Origin: an uncultured virus (IMG/VR IMGVR_UViG_3300011969_000080)
Taxonomy: Duplodnaviria; Heunggongvirae; Uroviricota; Caudoviricetes
Virus record (IMG/VR): IMGVR_UViG_3300011969_000080
Length of the DNA: 64,000 nt
Strand: one strand, 5' to 3'
Of this stretch, positions 46,955-56,309 are shown in pieces. Positions within the stretch are counted from its first letter, which is position 1. The number at the start of each line of letters is the position of its first letter. Below the pieces are notes generated by a model. It was not told the origin of the DNA and searched no databases. It saw only the letters and a list, made by a program, of their open reading frames with translations. The translations under genes and the position numbers were made by a program.

Positions 46955-47788
46955 ATGGCACAGCCCCAGCAGTACGCCAGCGCGGTTGCTTCACCCGGAA
47001 CCCTGGCCGCGGCAGTCGCTGCGGTGTTCGGCGTGGGTGCAAAGGAAACCCTGAGGGCGATCGACAGGTGCGACGGTTGCGGCGCCCGAGCGTACGTGCG
47101 GGCACAGACCGCAACGGGCCTCGAGCTGCTGTTCTGCGCCCACCACTTCCACGTCAGTGAGCTCGCACTCATCGCACAGGGCGGCGCCGTGGTCGTCGAC
47201 GAGCGCGCCTTTCTCTCCCCGCGCAAGCGCAGCTACCGCGACCTGTGCGCCGAGGCCCGCCAGTCGCTGCGGGCGGCGTTCCGGGCCGAGTGCGGCGATG
47301 TCCGCGTGCAGCGGGTGGTTCAGGCTGACGTCGCGAAGTATGTCGGCGGGAAGCTGATGGCTCTAGGCCTGGGCCCGGAGCCGGCGTACGTCGGGTGCCT
47401 GCTCGGGCCCGGGCTGGCGGGGTGTGTCATGCTCCACGCCCAGTTTGCCGCAACGGGGCTGCATCCGGCGGCCGGCGAGGAGTTCGCCACCACCGCTGTG
47501 CCGCCCGTGTTCCGCGCAGAGCTCGAACCGCGCGGCGCAACCCTGGTCATTGGCGAAAACAACGACAACCACGCGATAGTCCACTGGGCCGAGAAGATTG
47601 ACCCCGCCGTCCCGGCTGGGAACTCCCGCCGACTGGCCCGCGAACGGTATGAGTATGAGGCCCGGGCCTTCACGGCTGAGCTCATCAAGGACTTCAACGC
47701 CAAGATCCTGACGATCTGGCAGTACTACGTCGGTGACACCTACGTTGATGGCGCCCTGGCGGAGTACGTTGCTGAGACGACCGCCTGA
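46955..47788 (+). CDS. Paralog of 45196 (CxxC...CxHH domain)
   Basis: Shared RA.DRCD.CGA.AYVRAQTATGLELLFCAHHFH; promoter 46894-46921. Confidence 0.75.
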   Translation: MAQPQQYASAVASPGTLAAAVAAVFGVGAKETLRAIDRCDGCGARAYVRAQTATGLELLFCAHHFHVSELALIAQGGAVVVDERAFLSPRKRSYRDLCAEARQSLRAAFRAECGDVRVQRVVQADVAKYVGGKLMALGLGPEPAYVGCLLGPGLAGCVMLHAQFAATGLHPAAGEEFATTAVPPVFRAELEPRGATLVIGENNDNHAIVHWAEKIDPAVPAGNSRRLARERYEYEARAFTAELIKDFNAKILTIWQYYVGDTYVDGALAEYVAETTA

Positions 47789-47820
47789 CGGGAGCCCACC
47801 CGGCACCACCGGGGGTAGCA

Positions 47821-47898
47821 GGCGGGCTGATCCACCTGCCCACTGTGGTGTAGCGTGCCGGCCTGGCCATCACGGGCAGTGCCGCGCTTTTGCTCAGC
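47821..47898 (+). repeat. Direct repeat, copy 1, flanking the RM gene
   Basis: 70/78 identical to 50874-50951 by manual alignment. Confidence 0.85.
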
Positions 47899-48087
47899 AG
47901 GGCGAGTGGGAGTGGTCGAACCCCCTGGCCTTGCCAGCCGGGGCGACCTCGCAGCTGTTGGCGCCGCGGGTCTCGGAGCCATTGGTGTGAACGGTGGACA
48001 CCTCGAGGAAGTCCTTTGGGTGGGCCGCGAACCCGATGGGCCGCGAACCCGGTGGGCGGCGGTGGGCGCCCCTGGAAACCGCCCGGC

Positions 48088-50826
48088 TCAGGCTCCGCTC
48101 CGCTGGCGGTATCGCTTGAACAGCTCAGCCAGCCGCGCAGCGTCCGTGGGGTTGGTCAGCCCGAACGCCTTGTCCACGGCCCGGTCCAGCACCCGGTGTG
48201 CGCCCGCCAGGGCCGGCGGCATCGTGTTCGGGTCGTACAGGACGACCAGCGGCGCAGTGAACTGGGCCCGGGTCTCGAGCACGCCAAGCCCGGCGGCGGC
48301 GACGGCCCCCTCCACGCGGGGGGTCCGATCGGGGAACGGGAAGGAGTTGTACACCAGGTCTGGGGAGACCCGCATGTCGCTCTTGAGCCGCCCACCGACA
48401 GAGCGCAGCCAGGTGTTGAACATCAACGAGTGGAGGACCCCGAACAGGTAGGTGTCCGCCCCGGCCAAGGTCAGCGTCGAGTCGTGGGCGATGTCCTCTG
48501 CTGCGAAGAAGCGCATCGGGACGTACCGGCGGGACTCCGATGAGTGCCGCGGCACGCAAAGCCAGGCCGTGGCCGGTTGGCGGATGGCCAGGAACAGCGA
48601 GGGTGTGGTCGCCTTCTGCCGTGCTGACTCGGTGGGGCTGTCCAGGCGGGCCGCGGCGACGGTCCGCATCCGGGCCGAGAGCTCGGGAGAGTTCGCAATG
48701 TCGGACGGGTCGGCGCCGACGAGCCACAGGCAGTACCTGTACTCGTCGCGCAGCATGTCGTATGCGCCGACCAGCCGGCGCAGGTACTTCGCGGCCACCG
48801 GGTCGTTTGCGATGAGGTCGTCGCGCTCCTCGGGGCTGACCAGCAGCCCGCCGCCGTCCTGGGGCCGGTTGCCCTCGGTCAGCTTGGGGACCGGGCCCAG
48901 TGGGAGGTGGTGCTTGGCGATCGCGGTCACCGGGGAGTCCGCCAGATAGATGTTGATGTCCCTGGCGGCGGTGACTTTGGGCTCGGAGGTCGGCGTCGGG
49001 TAGTCGTAGATGGTCTTGGCCCTGGCCAGCCCGCCGTGCGAGAAGCCGATCACGACAACGTGGACTGCGGCCTTGCCCTTGCCCTCGGAGGTCCACTTGA
49101 ACGTGCGGTGTGCGAAGTCGATGGCGAACCCGGCGTCGGCCAGCATCGGGCCCAGGGTGCGGGCCTGCTCGCCCTGGGTGATCGAGTTGGTCGAGACGAG
49201 AGCGGCCCGGATCGTGGTGCCCTTCATGTACCTGAGCGCCTTGGCGTACCAGCACGCCACGTAGTCCAGCCGCCCGGTGCGGGTTGCCCAGGTGATCGGC
49301 GCAAACGCGACCCGGTTGTCCTCCCGCTGGGCGTCGCTGAGCAGCGCCATGCCCAGGAACGGCGGGTTGCCCAGCAGGTAGGAGCAGCCCGCCGCGGGCA
49401 GCACCGCCTCCCAGTCCAGGGCGATCGCGTTGCCCTGGTGGATGTGTGCCTCGGCCCGCAACGGGATCCGGGCGAAGTACTGCCCGAAGTGCTGGCTCAG
49501 GCGCATGTTCTCCAGGTGGTCCACCAGGTACAGCGCCGTCTCGGCAATCCGGGCCGGGAACTCCTCGATCTCGATGGCGTAGAACTGGTCCACGTTCACC
49601 TTGGACAGGCCGCTGATGATGTCCACGGAAAGGTGCTGCTGGGCGCCACCTTCGAGCTCCTCGAGGCGGACCAGGATGTCGAACTCGAGCCGGCGCAGCT
49701 CGCGGTAGGCAATGATCAGAAAGTTGCCGCAGCCGGCGGCCGGGTCAAAGCAGGTGATCGCCGCGAGCTTGTCCTGGAGGGCGCGCAGCTTGCGGGCGTT
49801 GCGCCCGGCTGCGGCCAGTTCGCCGCGCAGGTCGTCCAGGAACAGCGGCTGGATGACCTTCAGGATGCTTTTCTCGGGGGTGTAGTGCGCGCCCAGGGCG
49901 TGCCTGGCGTCGGCGTCCATCACGGACTGGAACATCGACCCGAAGATGGCCGGGCTGATGGCCGCCCAGTCGAAGGCGGAGCAGTCGATCAGCTGGGTGC
50001 GCAGTCCTCGGCTGAAGTTGGGGATGTCGATGTGCTCGCGGAAGAGGCCCCCGTTGACGTAGGGGAACCGGGCGACCAGCGCGTCCAGGTGCGGGCTGCG
50101 GGCGTCCTCGGGCTTGTCCAGGGTCTGGAACAGGTTCGAGATGAGTGCGCCGGTGTCCGAGCCGTCGTCTGCGGTGCGTGTTTCGAGGAACTCGCTGAAC
50201 AGGCCCTTCTCCCAGACACCGGTATCGTCGGCGAACATCAGGAACATCAGGCGGACCAGGAACACTTTCAGCTCGTGGCCAACGTAGCCGGACTCGGCCA
50301 GGGCGTCGTAGACGCCGCCCATCATCTCGGCCGCTTTGATGTTCACCTCGTCCTCGGCCTTGAACGAGCGCGTCTCATAGCCGGCGAGGAACCCGAACCG
50401 GCCCAGGTGCTTGGGCAGGTCGGCCAGCGGGAACTCGACCGTCGTGCCGGCCACCAGGTCGAGGACGCGGAAGTGCCCGAAGTCCGAGGTGATGACCAGC
50501 CGCGGCTGCGCTACGTTGCGCAGGGAGTCTAGGTAGTCCAGCGCCTGCGTCTCGGCCCTCTCCAGGGACAGCCCGGCACTCTTGTGCTCGACCGCGATCT
50601 GGCCCTCCCAGAACGCATCGATGCGGCCCCTCCCGCCGGTCGAGGTGCGCGTCGCCTTCTTCTCGAACTGTGCGACCCGGCGCCGGTCCAGGCCGAAGAT
50701 GGCGAACCACTCGTTCCAAAACGTCTGCGCTTCGGCGCGCTCGTCGGTCTCACCAGCCCAGCGGGCCGCGAAGGTGACAGCACGGTCGCGGATCTCGTTC
50801 CATGACAGCGGCTTGGCGGTGGCCAT
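48088..50826 (-). CDS. MmeI-like type IIL restriction-modification enzyme (nuclease + adenine MTase + TRD)
   Basis: LSWNEIRDRA..F..W N-terminus; IDAFW..AVEHKS nuclease motif; GAHYT, FDPAAGCGNF, GNPPF. Confidence 0.92.
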   Translation of the reverse strand: MATAKPLSWNEIRDRAVTFAARWAGETDERAEAQTFWNEWFAIFGLDRRRVAQFEKKATRTSTGGRGRIDAFWEGQIAVEHKSAGLSLERAETQALDYLDSLRNVAQPRLVITSDFGHFRVLDLVAGTTVEFPLADLPKHLGRFGFLAGYETRSFKAEDEVNIKAAEMMGGVYDALAESGYVGHELKVFLVRLMFLMFADDTGVWEKGLFSEFLETRTADDGSDTGALISNLFQTLDKPEDARSPHLDALVARFPYVNGGLFREHIDIPNFSRGLRTQLIDCSAFDWAAISPAIFGSMFQSVMDADARHALGAHYTPEKSILKVIQPLFLDDLRGELAAAGRNARKLRALQDKLAAITCFDPAAGCGNFLIIAYRELRRLEFDILVRLEELEGGAQQHLSVDIISGLSKVNVDQFYAIEIEEFPARIAETALYLVDHLENMRLSQHFGQYFARIPLRAEAHIHQGNAIALDWEAVLPAAGCSYLLGNPPFLGMALLSDAQREDNRVAFAPITWATRTGRLDYVACWYAKALRYMKGTTIRAALVSTNSITQGEQARTLGPMLADAGFAIDFAHRTFKWTSEGKGKAAVHVVVIGFSHGGLARAKTIYDYPTPTSEPKVTAARDINIYLADSPVTAIAKHHLPLGPVPKLTEGNRPQDGGGLLVSPEERDDLIANDPVAAKYLRRLVGAYDMLRDEYRYCLWLVGADPSDIANSPELSARMRTVAAARLDSPTESARQKATTPSLFLAIRQPATAWLCVPRHSSESRRYVPMRFFAAEDIAHDSTLTLAGADTYLFGVLHSLMFNTWLRSVGGRLKSDMRVSPDLVYNSFPFPDRTPRVEGAVAAAGLGVLETRAQFTAPLVVLYDPNTMPPALAGAHRVLDRAVDKAFGLTNPTDAARLAELFKRYRQRSGA

Positions 50827-50873
50827 TGCGTCCCCTCCGCGGGCTCGTCGTGGGTTCGTCGCGCACTCTATCG

Positions 50874-50951
50874 GGCGGGCCGATCCACCCGCCCACTGTG
50901 ACGTAGCGTGCCGGCCTGGCGATCCGGGGCAGTGCCACGCTTTTGCTCAGC
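50874..50951 (+). repeat. Direct repeat, copy 2, flanking the RM gene
   Basis: See 47821-47898; contains CACAGT on the minus strand facing the RM gene. Confidence 0.85.
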
Positions 50952-51020
50952 GGGTGGCCCGTGAGAAGTTCCTGCCCCCGTGGGGTTGCGCCCGGGCATC
51001 CGGCGCACACAGTAAGAGCT

Positions 51021-51100
51021 GTGACACCGGCCTCGGCGGCGGGTCTGAGCCCTGGGGGACCAGGGAGTGCAGGCGAAGTCGATACCGGGGCGGGTGTCAC
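51021..51100 (+). ncRNA. Candidate 80-nt rod-shaped ncRNA upstream of the tRNA
   Basis: TTGCGC-N16-CACAGT-N7, then GTGACACC-G-GCCTCGG...CCGGGGC-G-GGTGTCAC with inner CCCTGG-GGGA-CCAGGG. Confidence 0.6.
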
Positions 51101-51103
51101 CAT

Positions 51104-51175
51104 GCTTCGTTAGCTCAGGGGTAGAGCACTCGGTTGTCAGCCGGGGGGCCAGGAGTTCGAAACTCCTACGGAGCG
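51104..51175 (+). tRNA. tRNA-Asp(GTC), CCA not encoded
   Basis: Acceptor GCTTCGT/ACGGAGC; D arm GCTC/GAGC; anticodon loop TTGTCAG; T arm AGGAG-TTCGAAA-CTCCT. Confidence 0.88.
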
Positions 51176-51335
51176 CTCAACAAGCACCCGCCGTGCGATG
51201 GGGGTCGGGGCGCTGACCCCCACGGTGTTGGTGTGGGCCGGTTGCGCCCGCTAGCCGACGACAGGGGCGCCCGATGGACCAGACGGACTCAGTGGCCCTG
51301 TCCTGGTCCCCGACCACCACCGGGGCAGGCACCCC

Positions 51336-52706
51336 GTGACACTGCAGGCGTACCGGTTTGCGCTGGACCCCACACCCGCCCAGGCTCGAGAACTTCGTTC
51401 TAACTGTGGCGCGGCCAGGGTCGCGTTCAACTGGGGCCTGGCCCACGTCAAAGCAGTCATGGACCAGCGGGCAGCCGAAGCCACCTACGACATCGGCGAG
51501 GAAGACCGGACCCCCTCTATTTCGTGGACGATGTACAGCCTGCGCGATGAGTGGAACGCGGCCAAGGACGAGGTTGCCCCATGGTGGCCGGGGTGCTCAA
51601 AGGAGGCATTCAACACCGGCCTTGCCGGGGTGGCACAGGCGCTGGAGAACTGGGGTAAATCCCGGTCCGGGAAACGCAAGGGCGCCTCGGTAGGGTTTCC
51701 CAAGTTCAAGTCACGGCGCCGCAGCAAGCTCTCGGTCCGGTTCACCACCGGCGCAATCCGGGCCGAGGCCAAGCACGCGGTCCTGCCCCGGCTGGGCAGA
51801 ATCAAGCTGCACGAGGACGCGTCCGGGCTGGTAGCCAAGGCTGCAGCCGGTACAGCCAAGATCAGCTCGGCTACGGCTCGTTTCGAGCGGGGCCGGTGGT
51901 TTGTGTCGTTCACCGTTGACGTATCCCGGTCTGAGGTGACCCCGGCGTGGCCCGACAAGATTGTGGGCATCGACCTCGGGATCAAGACCCTGGCCGTACT
52001 CTCGACCGGTCGGGAGGTCCCCAACCCACGACACCTGAGTGGCGCGCTGCGCAAGCTGGCCCGCCTGAACCGGGCGATGTCACGTCGGGTCGGCCCGTAC
52101 GACAACGCGACCAAGACTCGCCGGGCTCCGTCAAACCGCTGGCGCCTCGCCGCCGCGGCCCTGGGCAAAGCACACGGCCGGGTTGCCGACCAGCGCAAGG
52201 ACGCCCTCCACAAGCTCACCACGAAACTCGCCAAGGAGTACGGCGTCATCGTGTTGGAAGACCTGAACGTTGCCGGGATGATGAAGAACCGCCGCCTGGC
52301 GCGGCACATCGGGGACGCCTCCTTTGGGGAGATCCGCCGGCAGTTGGAGTACAAGACGGCGTGGAATGGTGGGCGGGTGGTCTTAGCTGACCGGTGGTTC
52401 CCGTCAAGTAAGACGTGTTCGGATTGCGGTGCAGTGAAAGCCAAGCTGGCCCTGTCCGAGCGCGTGTACAACTGCATGGAATGCGGTCTGGGCCTGAACC
52501 GGGACGTGAACGCTGCACGAAACCTCGCCGCGTATGCGGAGGGGTGGGTCGCCGGGAGTCGCTCGGAGACCATAAATGGACGTGGAGGCCAGGGAGTTCT
52601 AGCCAGGTCGTTGAAGCGTCAACCCGGGGCCGCGCAAGCGGGTGACACCGGGACTGTCCTGCTGAAAAGCAGGGCGGCATCCAACGAGCCTGCTACTGCT
52701 CGCTGA
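51336..52706 (+). CDS. tnpB: IS607-type TnpB, close paralog of 27720, no tnpA
   Basis: GIDLG / VLEDL / NRDVNAARNL; GTG start overlaps the stop of a 21-aa ORF at 51274. Confidence 0.92.
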   Translation: MTLQAYRFALDPTPAQARELRSNCGAARVAFNWGLAHVKAVMDQRAAEATYDIGEEDRTPSISWTMYSLRDEWNAAKDEVAPWWPGCSKEAFNTGLAGVAQALENWGKSRSGKRKGASVGFPKFKSRRRSKLSVRFTTGAIRAEAKHAVLPRLGRIKLHEDASGLVAKAAAGTAKISSATARFERGRWFVSFTVDVSRSEVTPAWPDKIVGIDLGIKTLAVLSTGREVPNPRHLSGALRKLARLNRAMSRRVGPYDNATKTRRAPSNRWRLAAAALGKAHGRVADQRKDALHKLTTKLAKEYGVIVLEDLNVAGMMKNRRLARHIGDASFGEIRRQLEYKTAWNGGRVVLADRWFPSSKTCSDCGAVKAKLALSERVYNCMECGLGLNRDVNAARNLAAYAEGWVAGSRSETINGRGGQGVLARSLKRQPGAAQAGDTGTVLLKSRAASNEPATAR

Positions 52707-52736
52707 TGTGCAACGGCATGGACACTCTCTGGAACA
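52550..52736 (+). ncRNA. Predicted omegaRNA, scaffold ending ...TGCAACGG (52716) followed by guide; 5' boundary uncertain
   Basis: Same hairpins as the copy at 29.1 kb, with a T-A to C-G compensatory change. Confidence 0.6.
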
Positions 52737-53032
52737 CGTGCGGCCGCCGCACCCTGCGCAACACCGCGTGCCGGAACCGCGTGCGCGCATCTGGGGACCC
52801 CTGCCACCTCCACGGGACCCGGGATGCCGACACGCTAGAAGGCATCGCAGGCCCGGACGTCGACCCTGCACTACTTGACGGCGCAGAGCCCCGCCGGCCA
52901 GCGCGGACCACCACCAGACGCAGCGCCCGAGTAGGGGCCCGCCGCAGGCTCACCGCAGCCCCGCGGCGCCGGCGCGCGGCCGCAGAACCCGACGACGAGG
53001 CCGCCGAGTGGCTGCTTGAACTGGGGCTCTGA
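52718..53032 (+). CDS. Small protein with a family A-type Zn finger
   Basis: TCGRRTLRNTACRNRV....PCHLH. Confidence 0.65.
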   Translation: MDTLWNTCGRRTLRNTACRNRVRASGDPCHLHGTRDADTLEGIAGPDVDPALLDGAEPRRPARTTTRRSARVGARRRLTAAPRRRRAAAEPDDEAAEWLLELGL

Positions 53033-53164
53033 CCCCGCAGCTCCCGTCTGTATGCACGGTGTCGCTACGGCAATACCGGCCAATGGAACACAAGCAGTTG
53101 GGGAGCACCGGGCCACGTGTCGGCCCCCTTGCGCTGGCTCGGCGCGCGCGAACGGTGTGGTGCT

Positions 53165-53860
53165 ATGACCCGATCAGGCGGACGACCCGCCCCCGTAGAC
53201 GCCAAAGCTCACGAACTACTCGTGGCGTGGGTAGCTGCGCGCGATGCCTACATTGCCGCGCTGGTCGACCTTACGGCGCATCACGCCGCGTGCGCCCAGG
53301 GTGGCCGCACCCCACCCGACGGGACCTTCCGGCTTCGGCGTGCCCGCCGGCGTGCGGACAAGGCCGCTCTCGCCAGCACTCGGCGGTACGACAAGCGCTA
53401 CGAACAGTGCCTGCATGCGTTCACCGACGCCCGGGCTGCGGGCGACCTCTACCCGCTGCACGGCGCTACCGTCGAGGAGATAGAGACTCGCGCAGCTGCG
53501 GGCCAACGCGGGTGGGGCACTTGCACGCCACGCGAGGCACTGGCAGCGTACGCTGCCACGCGCGGTGGTGAGGACCGGGCGCTTGCCAAGGCCGAAGCCA
53601 CATGGCGCGGCCCCACTGCCGTGGTGGACCCGAGTCCCTTCTGGAAGACACACCTTTTCATGGACTTCGTCCCCACGTTCCGCGCCGAAGAAGCCGCCGC
53701 CTTCACCCGCAGGGTTGTCACCAAGACCTACGAGGATGCTGGCCTGCACGCCGAAGCGGCTGTGTTCCAGCGCCTCGCCGACAACGGTGTCACAGACGCC
53801 GACCAGCTCGAGGCCGCCATCTCCGCGGTCTGCACCCCGGCGTCTGCCTCGCACCGCTGA
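53165..53860 (+). CDS. Long family B-like protein
   Basis: AHELLVAW and TPREALAAY motifs; LEAAISAVCTP end; TTGCGC-N16-AACGGT-N8-ATG. Confidence 0.7.
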   Translation: MTRSGGRPAPVDAKAHELLVAWVAARDAYIAALVDLTAHHAACAQGGRTPPDGTFRLRRARRRADKAALASTRRYDKRYEQCLHAFTDARAAGDLYPLHGATVEEIETRAAAGQRGWGTCTPREALAAYAATRGGEDRALAKAEATWRGPTAVVDPSPFWKTHLFMDFVPTFRAEEAAAFTRRVVTKTYEDAGLHAEAAVFQRLADNGVTDADQLEAAISAVCTPASASHR

Positions 53861-53921
53861 CGGGCCCCACTGCGCCGGGCCTCGTTTGCGATCGCCCTAC
53901 CCGCCCCCACGGTGTGTCGGT

Positions 53922-54626
53922 ATGACCACCGACCCGGGCAGCGCGCCCACGCCGTGCCACCACCTGTACTACCGCGAGAGCTGGCCCGCCCACGCCTTCC
54001 GGGAAGGGGTAGCCGCGTGGGACCGCGTGCGGTACAGCCTGCTGTGGCGTTTCTGGTGGGGCCCACGCAACCGGCGAATAGAGGACCGCGAGGCTGGGGC
54101 GGTTACGGACTGGGTGGCTGAGGCGAACTGGCCGCCCGGCCAGTACGGCGGGTACCTGAGGTGCGCCCAGTGTACGGCCGCCGTCAGCAACACACAGGAA
54201 CAGCTCAGCGACCACCCGTCCGCCCACATCCCGGCCCTGTACAACCCGTTCACGGCCCCGAACGGGTGGTGCATCGACGCGGACATCGCCGGGCTCGTGG
54301 CCGGCCTGAACAGCCTCGGCCTCGAAACTGGCACAAGCTGCCAGGGGCACGCACCTGGGAAGGGGTACGGCGGGGAAGGCTGCTGTTGTAGCTCCGACAG
54401 CACCTGTGGCTGGGCGTACCTGACCCTCGGCCCAGGTGTCATGGAGCAGTTCCTTGCTGCCACCAGGATCGCCGGGGTGCCTGTGACCCCGGACAGCCGC
54501 TGGTTGGGGCGCCAGATGCGTTGGACCGGTGCCCGGTTCGACCGGGAATGCATCCCCGCGCTGACTGCGCTGTTCCCGCACCCGGGCGGCGACTGGGCGC
54601 CGGTCCCGGTGGCCTACGACCGCTAG
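53922..54626 (+). CDS. Hypothetical protein with an ID..IA.LV..LN..G..T..SC.GH motif
   Basis: IDADIAGLVAGLNSLGLETGTSCQGH; TTGCGA-N16-CACGGT-N8-ATG. Confidence 0.65.
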   Translation: MTTDPGSAPTPCHHLYYRESWPAHAFREGVAAWDRVRYSLLWRFWWGPRNRRIEDREAGAVTDWVAEANWPPGQYGGYLRCAQCTAAVSNTQEQLSDHPSAHIPALYNPFTAPNGWCIDADIAGLVAGLNSLGLETGTSCQGHAPGKGYGGEGCCCSSDSTCGWAYLTLGPGVMEQFLAATRIAGVPVTPDSRWLGRQMRWTGARFDRECIPALTALFPHPGGDWAPVPVAYDR

Positions 54627-54839
54627 GGCTGATGTCCCGCTGCGGAACCACCGGGCAGTGCCCGCCCGCCCCCGGAGAGCACAGTCAGCCCGCGACCCTA
54701 CCCATTACCGGGAGGCATCGACAACCAAATGGGAACTGGCCCCCAGCGGCTAGACTGGGAGGCTGCGCACGTTGCGCTGCCCCGCGCGGCGCGCACAGTA
54801 GTGGGCAGGGGACGACCCCGCCGCAGACAGGGAGCACAC

Positions 54840-55790
54840 ATGGCCAAGCACACCGACGAGGGGACCGCGGCGGACGCCGTGCGCCAGTTCCGCCAGGACG
54901 ACCTGGCCAGTGCTAGCGCCAAGTGGGACCGTGTGGCTGCCGCAGTGGAGGCGGACGTCCGTAGTGAGCAGGAGATCGAGGAAGGTCTCCTAGCCCAGCT
55001 CGGGCTCAACCCCGGGGGAGGGCCCGACCCCACCGACAACCTGCGCCTGTCCCGGCTCCACCCGCCAGCGCGAAAGCGCGCCAAGGCCCTGATAGCTGGC
55101 GCCCGAGAGGCCCGCGAGGTGCGGGCCGCCCAGCCGTCTGCGCCTGAGGACGGCCCGGCCGCGCAGGCAGAGTACGACCAGACCCCCGAGCTCCGGGAGC
55201 TGCTCGCTGCGGCGGCGGCGTCCCAGCCCACCAAGCGGACGGCGTCCCAGGAGCAGGCCCTGGCCCGCATCCGTGCGGCAGCACCCGCGGACCGGGTATC
55301 CCCGCGCGGCGCGAAGCTCACCCTCGAGGAGGCGTGCGACCGCCTGGGCCTGGACACAGGCCGAATCCGCACACTGGCCGAAGAGGGGCGCCGGGCAGTG
55401 CTCCTCTCGCCCGAGGTGTACGCGGAGTACGTGGACGAGCCAGACGACTTCGTAGACGTCGATGACGAGCTCGACCCAGAGGACCGCGCGATGCTCCTGG
55501 CCCGGCTGGCAGACCCCTCCCCCGGCATCCCGCTGGATGAGGTCATCCGCGAGCTCGGCTTCGACCCGCTCGACTTCAGGGGCAGCCCCCACCCGCCTGC
55601 CCGGGTGTGGCTGCTGTACGACGCCGGCGATCTCGTGGCGGCGTACAGCACGGAGGCCGCCGCTGAGACTGCGCGCAAGGTCTACGCCGCCCGGGTGCAG
55701 GCCGAGCTGGACGCGGAGGACCCGCCCCCGGCGGTGGCGATGGTCGTGTACCACTACATCGAGGTCTGCCCTATCGAGGTGCGGGACTGA
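54840..55790 (+). CDS. Composite protein with an internal Phd/YefM antitoxin-like segment
   Basis: LTLEEACDRL...AVLLSPEVY...GIPLDEVIRELG; GGGAG RBS; promoter 54772-54799. Confidence 0.5.
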   Translation: MAKHTDEGTAADAVRQFRQDDLASASAKWDRVAAAVEADVRSEQEIEEGLLAQLGLNPGGGPDPTDNLRLSRLHPPARKRAKALIAGAREAREVRAAQPSAPEDGPAAQAEYDQTPELRELLAAAAASQPTKRTASQEQALARIRAAAPADRVSPRGAKLTLEEACDRLGLDTGRIRTLAEEGRRAVLLSPEVYAEYVDEPDDFVDVDDELDPEDRAMLLARLADPSPGIPLDEVIRELGFDPLDFRGSPHPPARVWLLYDAGDLVAAYSTEAAAETARKVYAARVQAELDAEDPPPAVAMVVYHYIEVCPIEVRD

Positions 55791-55898
55791 CAGCTTTCGC
55801 CCCTTGGGGGCCACAGCCTGAGGCCCGGATGGGGGCGCGGGCCCGCCGTCGCCCAAGCGGTACTTGCGGTTGCGACAATCGCGCGAACGGTACCGGGC

Positions 55899-56309
55899 AT
55901 GATCCAGCTGCCGGAGCCCCAGATGGCACCGCACGAGGCGATGACCGCGTGGGGCGCCGCGGTAGCCGTCGCCCGGGCGGCGTGGGTGCCCTTCCTTGCG
56001 GCCTCCGTGGCCCACGACGATGCCTCTGCGGAGTACTACACCCGCCCCGGCGCCCCGGCGCCGACCGCGGCCAGCGCCGATGCCCTGTTTGCCGCCAGGC
56101 GGGTGGTGGAGGACGCCTTCGTGGTCTATGACGCCGCGTGCTGCACCGCGACGGGCGCCCGGGAGCGGGCTGCGGAGTCATACGTCGCCGCGGGGCTATT
56201 CGCTTCCGTGCCGTCCCTGCTGTCGTTGTTCCCGCGCACGCTGGACGGCTACAGCCCGGACCTCGAGGGCGGCCTGGCCGCGCTGCTGTTGGCCCCGGTG
56301 CGGCCGTGA
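55899..56309 (+). CDS. Family B paralog
   Basis: APHEAMTAWGAA...PDLEGGLAALLLAPVRP; TTGCGG-N16-AACGGT-N7-ATG. Confidence 0.78.
   Translation: MIQLPEPQMAPHEAMTAWGAAVAVARAAWVPFLAASVAHDDASAEYYTRPGAPAPTAASADALFAARRVVEDAFVVYDAACCTATGARERAAESYVAAGLFASVPSLLSLFPRTLDGYSPDLEGGLAALLLAPVRP

Noticed and set aside
40267..50532. Long opposite-strand or overlapping ORFs (e.g. 40267-41592 minus, 44782-46053 minus, 48907-50532 plus)
   Set aside because: Shadow ORFs of high-GC genes; the opposite frames carry family motifs and promoter-defined starts
51021..51100. SRP RNA
   Set aside because: The conserved CAGG...GNRA...AGCA domain IV is not present on either strand
2473..52706. Nuclease-dead TnpB repressors (TldR-like)
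   Set aside because: All three proteins retain the D-E-D RuvC residues
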